NCBI RefSeq assembly: GCF_016432865.1
Contig: NC_067403.1
Span: forward strand, 242,854,001-242,918,000
Length of the DNA: 64,000 bases
Reading direction: 5' to 3'
Origin: Antechinus flavipes
Taxonomy: Eukaryota
How positions within the stretch are numbered: the stretch's first letter is position 1; every line of letters begins with the position of its first letter. This document shows positions 1 to 12,822 of this stretch, piece by piece. The position numbers were made by a program, and so were the translations under genes. Under the pieces are notes generated by a model. It worked only from the letters and a program-made list of their open reading frames with translations. It searched no databases and was not told the origin of the DNA.

Positions 1-3000
1 TATTTCAAGTCTTCCTGATTCCATATTTAGTACTCTATCCACTGTTTTACTTCACTGCCCTGTAAAATATTATATATCACATATAACATACTAATATACA
101 AATGAAACTTATCATTCTCTATTAGTAAGATATTGTGTAATAAAATGAAGATAGAGCTTTATTTTATATATTTTAATAGAATGAATAAATAAAATTACTT
201 GCAGGACAAACTGGTACCATGTAAAGAAGAGATTTTTTTAAAAAGCATTTTATTCAGTAGATTGTGAAATATATTATTAGAGGTACAAAGCTTATGTAAA
301 AAACAAATTGTTTACTAAGAGAATATAGTTTAGAAGAAAAATAAGACAGGTACATAAAGTTTTAAGTCACATGCTTTCTGGAGAAAATGAAGACAACCAA
401 AGATCTGGAAGAGGATTCTGTGATGTATATTTTAAATGAAAAAGTCAGACATCTTAATAAAGACCTTGGAAGAGACAGGTGGCAAGAGTGGAATACTGGA
501 CAAAAACAAAAGCTTCATTACCATAATCAAGAGGTAAGTGAGCACAATAAGAAGTGCATGGTATGAAGACACACATCTTATCATTCTTTATGATGTCTGC
601 AATTTTACTGAGAAAATTTTGTCCAATAGTTTTGTCTGGAGTTCTTTTAATCAATTTTTTACTCATAAAATCTTTTAATTTAATTTTAAATTTTGGATTT
701 CATTTAAATTTACTTGCCAGAACCACAATAATATGAATCAATGAATGTATCTAGATATATTACATAGATATATACACATCCATACATATGCACATGCATG
801 TATGCACATGAATCTATATTTGTGTATATGTTTGTGTTTATATGTGGGGGTTGATGACATTTTGAAATAGCATACATTTGTGTATTATAGATATTTTCAA
901 TCCTGTATAAATATTTGCTCACATCATGTATGCATACATTTAGTAACATTTATTTGAGGGGCTATGCCATTTCACTAAGTTATATATGAAGAGACATTGG
1001 ATTTTGATCTCATTAAATTCATGAAATCATATTTTATAGAAGAGCAAAATTAATTTTGCATAGCTAATTCTAGGAAAGCATTTTGCAATTTATAAAATAT
1101 TATATAATTATTGTAAGTTTTGTTGATTTCTGCACTTCAGCAGCATTCTTTGTAGGTGCTCTATTCACTGATGCAAATAACATTCCCTTTTATAACTTCC
1201 TAAAATAAAATTGAGTAAGTAAAATTTTACCAATCCTTAATGGTTCACTATGAGATAGCATACAATTAGTCAATCCTAAACCCCATATTCTGATTTTTCT
1301 TACTTTCTTGGCTTCCCAAACGTTATATTCTGTGGGAAAAACTTTCAAGTGCACAGGATCATCTTGATACCATAATAGTATAGGATTTCATTAAAGTTAT
1401 TATCATTGCTGCTGATGTTAATTAGTATTTTGTGGTGATTAGCATTAATATTATGATAAACTTGCTTGGGTTATATATTTTTGGATTATTTAAATTTTAT
1501 AATTATTTTATAGTTATTATTGACTGACAATGAGAATTAAAAGATTATCACATCTGTTTTGATCAAATTTTAATCATGCTGTTATTAACAAGTGTAATGA
1601 TACTGTATGTGAAATTATTCATAAATACATTCCAAAGGCACGTCTGAATGACATTATCTAGCATGAGAAAGTGTGTGTATTATATAATTATGTGAGAACA
1701 TTTGGGATCAAAATATCTCTCATATCTGTTATGTTTTTTTTTGTGAAGGAACATATATCTCAAAAAAGATGTTCACTTCCTATTGCTTATTTCCTGGCCC
1801 AGCACTTATGATTTAAGAAACCAGGGGAATTTCTTTCTGGCTATATGAACTTTAGAACCACAATCATCATCCCAGGGTAAATATACCCACCTACTTTTCC
1901 TAATACTTGTTCCTCATCATCAGAACATAGAAAATGGATTTACATTGTTATGCCTTATTTTTCCATTCATTAACATTCCTATTCCAAAAGATTTTTGTGA
2001 AAACAAGACCAGTTTTTAAAGCTGATCATTTCTTCCTCAATTCTAATACTAGTTAAATGGTAATAATATTTTTATTTATAGGTAAATCAATTTTGACTTT
2101 TGAATTCATACATTAGAAAAAGAAAGAAAAATATGGAAAGCAAGAACAATGTGACTGAATTTGTCCTCCTAGGACTCACTGAGAATCCTGAGATTCAGAA
2201 AGCATTATTTGTTGTCTTCTTAGTAATCTACATTATAACTCTTGGGGGCAACCTTTTGATTGTGGTAACAGTGATTTCCAGTAAGTCCTTAGACTCCCCC
2301 ATGTACTTCTTTCTTGCATATTTATCTCTTATGGATGCTGTCTATACCACAGCTATTTCCCCCAAAATGATCATAGACTTGCTCTATGAGAAGAAGACCA
2401 TTTCATTCCAGGCTTGCATGACCCAGCTTTTCATTGCACACTTTTTTGGTGGTTCAGAGGTCTTCCTCTTGATGGTAATGGCTTATGACCGCTATGTGGC
2501 CATCTGTAAGCCCTTGTATTACTTGGTTATCATGAGACGTCGTGTATGTGTTTTATTGATGATTGTAGCCTGGATTGGAGGTTTCATTCATTCAGTGGTT
2601 CAGCTCCTTTTAATTCTACAGCTGCCCTTTTGTGGCCCGAATGTCATTGATCATTTCATATGTGACATGTACCCGTTATTAGAACTTGCCTGTACTAATA
2701 CCTATATCATTGGACTCTCAGTGGTTGCTAATGGAGGAGCGATCTGCGTTGTCATCTTTACAATGTTGCTCATCTCCTATGGAGTCATCCTACGCTCCCT
2801 GAAGACCCATAGTTTGGAAAGCCAGCGCAAAGCTCTTTCTACCTGCATGTCCCACATTACAGTTGTTGTCCTATTCTTTGTTCCTTGTATTTTCATGTAT
2901 GTCAGACCTGTTCGTACCTTCTCCGCTGATAAAACAATGACTGTAATTTTTACTATTGTCACTCCCATGTTGAACCCCTTAATCTACACCCTGAGAAATA

Positions 3001-5587
3001 AGGAGATGAAGAATGCCATGAAGAAACTCAAGAACAGAACAAATGACTCAATTATACATTGATGGCCTCTAAGGGAAACACAAAAGGATATTTCATACTT
3101 AAGTCTTGTTTTCTGGGAAGGGAAGGAAAGTGGCTAATGAAGAGAATATCTTTTCTATCAGTCAATAGACAAACATTTATTTTATCATCACTTTTATGTT
3201 TCCCAAAGCTAATTTTGATGAAAACACTACTCTAGGCGGAATATAAACTCCTTACAAAAACAACTATTCATTTTGTGTTTGGGGCATTTTTTTTCTCAAA
3301 AGAAATGGGTCTAATGATTACAAAAAGAAGAAAATTGTAATCTATAACAAATATCAAACATGGTGCTGAGAACTGATTATAGATAGGGAGGGCTTCTGTG
3401 GGAATATACTTTCTTACTGAATAAATGAGATTATTTCTTTATTGACTTGAATATATTACATTTCACATTTTAAGTACATATTCATTGAAGTCAGTAGGAC
3501 ATATAATTATATTTTTGCCTTTAATGATGTAAAAGACAGCATGATTTTGTGAGAAGAAAAATCTACTTCAGCAGGAAGAAGATGCCAGCTCAAGTGCTGT
3601 GTTTGACCCATATACCCTGTGTGACATCGAACTAAACTTTTTAGTTACTCAAGCACTTCTCTAATAGAAAGATTTCTTTAGTAGCAGTTTCTGTACTATT
3701 GAAATCTCATGTTTAATATACTAGTTCCAACATCAACAAAAATATAAGTATAATAATGATGAGCATAAGGTCAATGAGCATAATATGAAACCTATAGATG
3801 CATGAATATTTTGTTTTATATAAAGGATATATTTATACAAACAACATATGTATTATGATACAGAGTAGAGAAACACTCACTGTTAAGGATCAAGTCCTAT
3901 TTTCAAATTATTCCAGTGATGTTTACTTTTGTTAACATGGGAAAATAAATTATTGGGCCTCCATCTCCTAATTAGTAATGAGACTTAAATTAGATAATGT
4001 TTGAATTCTCCTGCAGTTGTAATTATAAAGTTATAACTGAATTTTATAGATTAAATTATAATTTATCCTTGAATTAAAAACAACCAAAAAATATGAATGT
4101 ACTATGATGAATCTGGTCTATCTCTCATGATTTGTTAATTATTCCTTTGGAAGACACACAATGCAGAAATTGTTTCCATATAAAAGGGAAAACATGGGTT
4201 GTGAAAAGATAGAAAAAGGGCTATCAGGGAGTTTTAAAGTTGAACCACATTTAGACCTGCAGAAAGGGATGCACTAAAGACCACAAGCAATATCCATTTA
4301 AGGCACCATGGGACAGATCTAACAGGGACCAGTACTAGATCAAAACTCTTGGAGAAACTACATTCTTATAATTAGCCATTGAGATGGAACCCATAATCGA
4401 CAAAAATGTTTGACTAATTACAGAATAACAAAAGTCTTATAGAAGAGAAAAATCTATGTGCCAGGGGAAAAAATGAAAAACAGAATTGAGAAAGAAAAGA
4501 AGAACAAAAAAGTAAATGTTATAAGTTATAGTATCATGTTATAAAGCAGCAAATCTAGACCATGACACTAGCAGTATGAAATTGATATAACATGTGAATC
4601 CAAAGAGGAAAGATTGAAACTTTAGTACTTGTAAGCTATGAAAAAAGGACTATAATTCAAAAAGACTCATATAAGTCCTTATAGAAAATGTGAGTTTGAT
4701 TACAATTGGTAACAAATGTTTTCTGTATTTTAGCTATATAAATATTAAAAAATAAAGTTGTTTTTAAAATTAATGATCTTTTTTTCCTAAGTCATTCTAC
4801 TGGGAATATTCAGGGCCTTTCCTAGGAAGTAAAATGAGTTTTATGTTGCAGTTCTCAGAATAATGAGCTAGAGATCTTTGTGACAGACCTCACCAAAACT
4901 TTATCCAGATTTTAATTTCTGGAGGGTCCATTTGCTAGAAGCAAATTCTAATACATTTCTCTTGTTTGCAATGATATTTTGGTCAAAACAGCTCTTAATA
5001 CAAGAAAATATAAATATTATTAGTCCTATTATGGTTATATAACTAGGGAAACTTAGGCCTATGGCAGTTGAGTGGCCTACAGGATAAACAGCTAATTCAC
5101 AACAGAGTAAGAACTATTAGCCAAAATCTTTTATTTCCTTGTCCTAAGCTCTTTCCTTCCAAGTAAAATGCTTACTTAGCATGAATATAATCAGAAGTTT
5201 TTTCTAAGTTGGCTCAGCACAAGATAAAATCATTAACTTTGAAACCACATAAATATTTTCTAAAATATTTTACCAACTTAATGCAAATTAGTCCCAGATC
5301 ATTCTTATAATGGAGAAAGATAATTATCTGAAAACCTGAGGGGGCATTAAAATATATTTAAAATATCCCGAGATTTAAGAAAAAATAACTATAAATGTGT
5401 TCTTGTATATGAAACAGATTTTTTTTTCCTAAAGGGACTTTGGAAAAAAAGGATGGAAAAAAACTGGAGCTCACAACTTGAAGGAATTCCATCATTTAAT
5501 GGAAGAATCAAGTTGTGTCACATGTTCAAAACTAAGAGAACAGGGGAAATCTGAGAAGCTTATAGATACATATTTGTTAATAAATAA
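1..5587. repeat. Segmental duplication, copy 1 (paralogous to 12823-18480; probably extends past the left edge)
   Basis: Colinear near-identity from tcaagtcttcctgattcca (5 vs 12827) to tatttgttaataaataa (5587 vs 18480), where the copies diverge abruptly. Several indels, roughly 4-5% substitutions. Confidence 0.95.
2133..3062 (+). CDS. Olfactory receptor, family 4 (OR4A-like), 309 aa, intact
   Basis: True ATG at 2133 ([10 protein letters not shown]); the ORF-track start at 2100 is a TTG extension. OR motifs: N-glycosylation [41 protein letters not shown]. MDAVYxTAxSPK is typical of OR4A. Candidate splice acceptor tttttatttatAG ends at 2081. Confidence 0.95.
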   Translation: MESKNNVTEFVLLGLTENPEIQKALFVVFLVIYIITLGGNLLIVVTVISSKSLDSPMYFFLAYLSLMDAVYTTAISPKMIIDLLYEKKTISFQACMTQLFIAHFFGGSEVFLLMVMAYDRYVAICKPLYYLVIMRRRVCVLLMIVAWIGGFIHSVVQLLLILQLPFCGPNVIDHFICDMYPLLELACTNTYIIGLSVVANGGAICVVIFTMLLISYGVILRSLKTHSLESQRKALSTCMSHITVVVLFFVPCIFMYVRPVRTFSADKTMTVIFTIVTPMLNPLIYTLRNKEMKNAMKKLKNRTNDSIIH

Positions 5588-6762
5588 GTATTAGTATAGG
5601 CAAGAGAATGAAACAATTTTGCTGCAACTTTGGCAAAATTCCTAACAAGAGCAATTATGCATTCTCCAAGGAATTCTGTGCCCATTGCATCACCAAGTTG
5701 TCAAAGTGCCTGAAGTGAACAGAAAATAAATCTTTGCATCGAGAGGAGAAAGATATGGAGAATTTGCAAATATTCACAAAAAGTTATTCATAAAGAAAGT
5801 ATCCCTCTACCAATTATAAATGGACATCCTGTGTTTCTTAACTCCAATCCTGCCTTCAAAGGAAAGAAAACTCCAGCCCTAGGAGGAAAAAAAAATGTCT
5901 CCAAACTGAACACTGAAAGGATTATAGAACCAGAAAGGATTTAGAAGTGCTGTATTTGGCAGATTTCACATGCATGAATTCCATTGTTAAATTCAAGGTA
6001 CCAATTACCCTGAATTTACCTACTTTACAAACATATCTTGTATTTTCTGGCATCAAATCATGTGTATTCTCTGGTCTGGTAGTTTTGTAAATTATCCATT
6101 TTGTCAATGATTTCTTATACATGGTTCGAGAGAAGGCCAAGCCTTAAGATAGGGCTATTTGGAGATTTGGAATGATTAGGTAAGAAGATGATGAAATCTC
6201 AGACATGAAGTAGTTTCATATTCTCTCTCTGCCTCTGTTTCTCTGTCTCTGTGTTTCTCTCTGTCTCTCTTTTAAAGCTAAAAATTTCTTTTTGGGGTTA
6301 TAGATACTATCTAAATGAATGTTTCTATAAACTCACTGGAAAGAAGGATGTTAATTGATACGAAAAGTGGGACATTTCTCATCTGGATTCCTCCCACTCC
6401 AACTCTCTACATGAATCAGCATTTAACTATATATATATCTCAAAATCTATTGAGCAGAATTCTTCTTTAAATTGGTTGTTGGCAGTTGCTATAAGCATAT
6501 TTACTTATATTTCCTTATCCTGTTTTATATGAAAACTATATATTCACAACTTTTTTCTACTCAACTGTTTTCATAGCCATGTGTTGACATTGAAATAAAG
6601 ATAACTTTCTTGAAGGTTTTGCCCAAAGAGTAAGCAGTCTAGCATACTTTTATATCATAAGGGATTGAGATGCTTAGCAAGGCATTAATGAGTAGTAAAG
6701 GTTGATTTTAAGGGAATTTTAAACAGAATTTGTCATTGGGTAATGAGATACTTTAGACAATT

Positions 6763-6930
6763 TATATATATATATGTATAGATATGTATAGATATGTATG
6801 TGTGTAGATATGTAGGTATAGATATGTATAGATATGTATGTGTGTATATATATGTAGGTATAGATATGTATAGATATGCATGTGTGTATGTATAGATATG
6901 TATGTATAGATATGTAAGTATGTATAGATA
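6763..6930. repeat. Compound TA/TAGA/TGTA microsatellite
   Basis: Repeated tatagatatgta and tgtgtg units; these explain the spurious YI/HT-rich ORFs. Confidence 0.9.
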
Positions 6931-7105
6931 TTTAGTAGTTTGCAAAAAAGTTTCCAGAGTAGGGAATACCTAAACAAATACATTGAAATCAAAGGCCATT
7001 TGAGGTATAAATGCAGATAAGTTTGGAAACAAAAACAAAATATTAGGAATATTTGAAATTTATTTTATTGATTAAAATTAACCTTGATTTAAAAATTGAT
7101 TTAGA

Positions 7106-7350
7106 CTGAATCCAATTCTCCCTGTGCAACAAGAGAACTGTTCAGTTCTGCAAACATATATAAAAAGTATCTAGGATATACTGCAACATATGTAACATAC
7201 ATAGGACTGCTTGCCATCTAGGGGAGGGGGTGGAGGGAGGGAGGGGAAAAATCGGAACAGAAGCAAGTGCAAGGAATAACGTTGTAAAAAAATTACCCTG
7301 GCATGGATTCTGTCAATATAAAGTTATAATAAAATAAAATAAAATATAAA
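7106..7350 (+). mobile_element. 5'-truncated L1 3' end with poly(A) and TSD
   Basis: Marsupial L1-type 3' UTR with G-rich tract (ctaggggagggggtggagggagg) and A-rich tail. TSD aaaaattgatttaga (7091-7105) vs aaaaatttgatttaga (7351-7366). Confidence 0.8.
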
Positions 7351-7842
7351 AAAAATTTGATTTAGAAATGTTTTGCTTAATCATCAGTTTACTTGGGGAA
7401 ATAAATTTATTTATTTTTAATATTTATATTTGGATGGAAAAACACCAAATTCCCCTGCATTCTAAGATTATATTATTTATTGCATCATAGCTCTCTTGTA
7501 ATAAATTTGTTCTTGTATGTTTGATTACGTGTGTTTCTGTGCAAATGAGAAAGAAACAGAGACAGAGAGAAAAGGTGATAATATATCTTGCTATAAAATT
7601 TGTTGAAGTAGATATTGGATATATATGAATTTAAAACTGTAATGTGTATACTGTGAACTCATTATATTTTTTATTATTTTACTTTTCTCTTAAAATAATC
7701 TATGTCTTTTTTGGGACAAGAAATATATATATTCTAAATTGTTTGTGATATAAATTAAAATATAAGAGTTGAAAAATAAAATGAATATATAGTTCATTTT
7801 TAAATGAATGATGACAGACAACAATAGTACACTATGTTGGAT

Positions 7843-7990
7843 TTGGGGTCAGAAGACTTGGTTACAAATTTTGATTTTCATATATACCTGTATATCTTTT
7901 GCGTAGTCATACCATTTCTTGGCCTCTCAGTTTCCTCTTCTGTAAATTGAGGGAATTGGGCTCAATGATGTTACATTGCTTCTCCAATTC
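7843..7990 (+). mobile_element. MIR-family SINE fragment
   Basis: ggggtcagaagacttggtt...cctctcagtttcctcttctgtaaattgaggg matches the CORE-SINE pattern. Confidence 0.6.
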
Positions 7991-8651
7991 AAAATATAGG
8001 TATCCTTTCAGTTCAAAATTCATTTGGCTGATGTCTAATTTCTTCACTTAATAGATTGGAATGGTGTATGTTTAGATGATGTATCCACTGGACAGAAAGC
8101 TAAGGAATAAATTAAGTTATAAAACTAGAGTTACATCTAAGCTGAAATTAGAGTTTTAGAAACTTAAGTCCCACAAGTAATATTCCTTTACTTCCCATTT
8201 ATCCGTTAGTGGAATTTTGAGAGTAACTTTTTTTTTCTTTTATGTTTTCCATTAAATATATATATATATATATATATATCTTTGCTAAACAAAGATAGAC
8301 ATAACAGATGTAATCTCCATTTAGAATGTGATGCTTTATAAGGAAACAGGTACCCTTTCATTGAAAGGAGGTCATTAAAAAAAAAAACACAACAATGACA
8401 ATGACAGATCAATGGCTTTTATTTAGGAATGGTGCAGAAGGGTGTCTTTTGAGGTATAGTGTTTACTTAATTAGCTCTCAATTTGATTGAAATTCTATAC
8501 TTTGGATTCTGTCTTACCTGGCTGTGTAATTCACTATACACACACACACACACATACATATACATACATACATATATATATAATTATAATTATTTTTGTT
8601 TTTGCAGTTAAATCGACTTTCATCTATGTGGCCATCTTCAAAAATGTAAAG

Positions 8652-8900
8652 ATGGATAGTGCAAACAATGTAACTGAATTCATTTTTCTGGGCCTCACAC
8701 AGAATCCAGAGATGCAGAAAATGTTTTCTTTTTGGTGATATTTTTACTCATCTACCTGTTGGCCTTTGTGAGAAATCTACTGATTGTCATTATCATTGCA
8801 GCCAATCAGACTCTAAGCTCCCCTATGTACACCTTTCTTTCTTACTTGTCCTTCTTAGATAGTTGTTCTTCTTCCATGGGCCTCAAAATGTCACTTAAAC
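8652..8900 (+). pseudogene. OR4-like pseudogene fragment (N-terminus to TM2, frameshifted, 3' end lost)
   Basis: MDSANNVTEFIFLGLTQNPEMQKMF, then a frameshift into VIFLLIYLLAFVRNLLIV...SSPMYTFLSYLSFLDSC. Homology stops near 8900. Candidate acceptor tttttgtttttgcAG ends at 8607. Confidence 0.9.
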
Positions 8901-9010
8901 TCTTAACCCTAATCTTCTCCTCTGTTAAATACTGATAGTACTACTCACTTCATAGTGCTGCTATTGGAATAAATGAAATAGTGCATCAAAAGTGTTTGTA
9001 TTCCTTTGAA
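8901..9010 (+). mobile_element. MIR 3' fragment abutting the truncated OR pseudogene
   Basis: tcacttaaactct...ctcctctgttaaatactgatagtactactcacttcatagtgctgctattggaataaatgaaata resembles the MIR core and tail. Confidence 0.55.
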
Positions 9011-9240
9011 CACTGAAAATTATTTTCATTTTCTTAAATGATTGAATTGGAATTGGTGCATTTGAATCACATCAGCAGAGACATAAGCTTTATTTTGATC
9101 TTCCTAGAGGAGACTCTAGGTGAAAAAAGACAGTAATTTGGAGTAGTAACCCAGGACTAACTCTGGTTACTATCAGTACACAGTATCTGGTTCTAGACTA
9201 CTGATTAAAAAGACATTTGGGGAATATGACCATGAAATAG

Positions 9241-9241
<1 letters not shown>

Positions 9242-9291
<50 letters not shown>

Positions 9292-9300
9292 TCTGTATGT
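9242..9300. repeat. (TG)n microsatellite
   Basis: About 21 uninterrupted TG units followed by degenerate units. Confidence 0.95.
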
Positions 9301-9380
9301 ATTCTCTTTAGTAGGAAACTGCTCCAATAAACTTAACTTCATTGGCTATTTCTTGCATTCATCATCAAGTAAAAATCTTA

Positions 9381-9520
9381 CTATACTGTGACATATTCAA
9401 CATGTATAGGACTGCTCACCATCTGGAGGAGGGGATAGAGGGAGGGAGGGATAAAGTCAGAACAGAAGTGAGTGCAAGGGTTAATGTTGTAAAGAATTTT
9501 TTTTTTCAAAATTAAAAAAA
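9381..9520 (+). mobile_element. Short L1 3' end with TSD
   Basis: Same 3' UTR type as 7106-7350 (ataggactgctcaccatct...gagggagggaggg...gtgcaaggg). TSD agtaaaaatctta (9368-9380) vs agtataaatctta (9521-9533). Confidence 0.7.
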
Positions 9521-10629
9521 AGTATAAATCTTATCCTATACAATGTTATAGTCCATTAATAAAGTCCTTTGAAATTTAATTTCTAAGCATTTAATCAGTT
9601 GTGCAACAAAGGAAAGCCATCTTTTGTTGTAGATTTGCTTAAATTTTTGCAATCAGATAAAACTAACAATCAATTCTAAGGAGATTTTTAAGACATCTAA
9701 AGATCTTTTCCCATCTCAATCCGGGGGAGGGAGTAGTGATGAAAACCTCTTACAGAAAATGAAAATTAAGATTAGCATTGAAGGAAGCCTGGGAAACTCG
9801 TAGAAAGAAATGGGTAGGCAGATGATCTTAAGTATGAAGGATAGCACATGAACACATTTGGAAGTGATCAATGGCATGAGTGAAACCAGAAGAATTTATG
9901 TTAAGTTGACAACATTGTAGATAAACTCAGTTTTAGAGAATTTAAATTTTAATTAATACATTGAGCAGTCCCAAATCCAGAAGATCAAAGATGAAGCATT
10001 GTACTCACCTCCAGCCAGAGAAGAGATCAAATTAAAAAAAAAAAAAAAGGAGATATATCTTTTAGGTCATGATTAATATAACTTGTTTTGCTGAACTAAT
10101 AAATGATTGTGGTAGAGATTTCTTTTATTTTTCCCCGTAATTCAATCAGAGTAAAAAACATGGATAATATATGAACATGACAATTAAAAAGCCATTGATA
10201 ACTATATACCAAAATGTTTCAATTAAATGATGTCATTAGTCAATTTGTAGATAGTATAAAGTCTAAAGACAGGCAAGGAAGTGGAGGCACAAAAATGTAG
10301 ATAATTTTCTCGAGAAGTTTATCTTCCAGGGTGAAGGGAGATATAGAAGACTAATGACTACAGTCAGATAAAATAAAATTTTGAGATTGTGTAAAAAAGG
10401 AAGAAATTGATTCAGAGTGAGATACTGGTAAGTTAGAGTTTAGTGAGGAGAGTAGAAGAATGGAGAAATAAAGTGAAAATAGGGGAGATGAAAGAATGGA
10501 AGAGAAAACATAGGGATAGGATGCAGAAATATGAGATAGAATATGGTTCAGTCATTTTAAAAATCATATCTGATCCTTCATGTCCCATTTGGAATTTTCT
10601 TGACAAAGATCCTGGAGTAGATTACCGTT

Positions 10630-10765
10630 TCTTTCTGCAACTCATTTTATAGATGAGTAAATTGAGGCAAGCAAGGGTAAGTGCTTTGGCCAGAGTCACA
10701 CAGCTAATAAGAAACAGGTCAAATTTGAACTGAAGTTTTCCTGACTCCAGGCCTAGCACAGTAGA
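10630..10765 (-). mobile_element. MIR-family SINE fragment
   Basis: cattttatagatgagtaaattgaggc...ggccagagtcacacagcta...tttgaact...cctgactcc is the reverse MIR core. Confidence 0.65.
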
Positions 10766-12822
10766 TACAAAGTCAAGAAAACTTGAATACTTTACAGTAT
10801 GGAATAGTTCATAAATTGATCATTAAAAAGAAACTTTGAAAGGTTAATGAAATTAATCCTAAAAATTTCCAAATAAAGAAGATACATATGTGTGAGTGTA
10901 TGTATTCCTTGTCTAGATGAAAAGCGGAAGGATATAGGAGGGGCTTTCCTATTCTCTTACTGCGAAGTCTGGATTGAGGAGTAACAAGAAATAATCAAGA
11001 TTGATATTGAAGCATTATGTGAAGAAAGTAATCATTAGGCTACTGAACTACCCTTTATCATTCAAAAGTATCTAGAAAAAATTGATTTTAATGGACTAAG
11101 AAACACAGCTTGGAATTTATATTCATACTGGAGAGATGTATGTACTCTTTGTAGCTCTGTAGCAACTATTCGGGTTCATAAACAGCAAAGTATTTTGCAA
11201 TAAAAAAGAACTTTACTACTTGTACCTGTTATTATTACTTCCCCAGATACATCCTTTATTTCTGCAATATTGATTTTCAAAAGTAGCATTTAAAAATTGG
11301 AAAGTGATAGGCTTCTTTTGAAAAGTGAATAAAAGTGTATATGTATACAATATATATGCAATATACATACACATACACATGTTTGTACAGTTTTAATGAA
11401 ATGTTGAATTTTTGGTAAACAAATAGATAGTTTTCTTATGTATAAATCACAACTTTAATTATTGTCCTGTTCTCTAGAAATTAGGATACTCTCCCCACTC
11501 TGCCCCCTAAATCAGGAATATTTCTGGACCATGGTTTTATAATTAGCTCTGGAACATCTCTGGAGATGTTTGATATACATGAAGGTCTATGTGGAAAGTC
11601 CCTTTTCCCTGAAGCAAATTTAATTAAAAAAAGAATATGCAATTAATGGCTCAATGAAAAGCATTGTTGTTGCTATATATCTCTTCAATTTATCTCTCTA
11701 TGCATTATAATGGTTGGGCCTCCTTTTGATTTTTTGCACTTTAATGGAATCCCTTCTACCATTCAAGGATAAACAACTTCTTGAAAGAGTTAAGAGATAG
11801 AAGTTGAGAAAATAGGAACTTACTACGATCTAGGTAGGCCTTTTATAATACTTATATTTTAAAATAGCTTCTCTGATTTTGGTGGCTGAAATTGGCTGGC
11901 TAGGATGGGATCCTGAAGTACTCTGTTCACTAAAAAAGTTTTTTCTACTTTCAGGGTGGTTTGGTACAAGGAAAAGGTCTTAATATCTCAGACAAAAACA
12001 GAACCAAATAGCTGAGCTCTTAAGAGAAAGGAATATATTTCAGGTAATACGTTTATGAATAATATTATATAAAATAACTTACTGTTCACATAATTGCACA
12101 TACTTCAAATTTACTTTAACATGATTTTATAATTTAATATTTTTCTTTATTTATATTTGGATGTAATTTGAATAAGTTAGATTTGGAAAAAGCTAAAATA
12201 TGGGTACTCAAGAATTAACCATCATTTATAGGTCATGAATTTTTTCCACATTTTTATTTTGAGCATATTTTTTATTCTATCATGCAAAAATAAGAAAATA
12301 TTTATTTTAATTTCAAAAATTAAATTGTGAGTGAAAAACATCATTCATAAATTATATATATTCATAAGTCATTCATAAATTATACATACATATATATGTT
12401 TTATTTTTTGGTATTAATTGTGAATAATTTTTCTTGTTTGTTCATATGTTTATCTGTTTATCCTAGTTGCATTTATTTATATTTAAGACTAGAAAATTAT
12501 ATTTGCCATGGATTATAGAGGTAATGGTATGATTACAGTTATTCAATTCTCCTTTAATTCCAGAGCTGCTAAATTTCTAATACACTTAAATAATCCCCTT
12601 TTCATATGATAGATGTAGATTTATTGAAAAACCAAAAAAACATGAAATAGATTGCTGTTCAATCACTTCTCTATGACTCTATTTGTGGTTCTTCTAGCAA
12701 ACATATTGAGGTGCCTTGCTATTTCTTTCTTCACCTTGTTTTTCTGAATTAAAAAGGGTTAAGTGATTTACTCAGGGTCGTGGAACTAGTAAGTTTCTGA
12801 GGCTAGAGTTAAACTCATGAAA

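Noticed and set aside
2100-2132. N-terminal extension [11 protein letters not shown] of the first OR
   Set aside because: It begins at TTG, and the paralog at 15012 lacks it (TTC at that position). The ATG at 2133 gives the standard 309 aa.
11500-11950. Possible OR cluster enhancer (TAATTA/TAATGG sites, 18-bp palindrome at 11553-11570)
   Set aside because: Homeodomain-like hexamers are expected by chance in DNA this AT-rich, and no clear composite Lhx2/Ebf motif was seen. It would need conservation or ATAC data.
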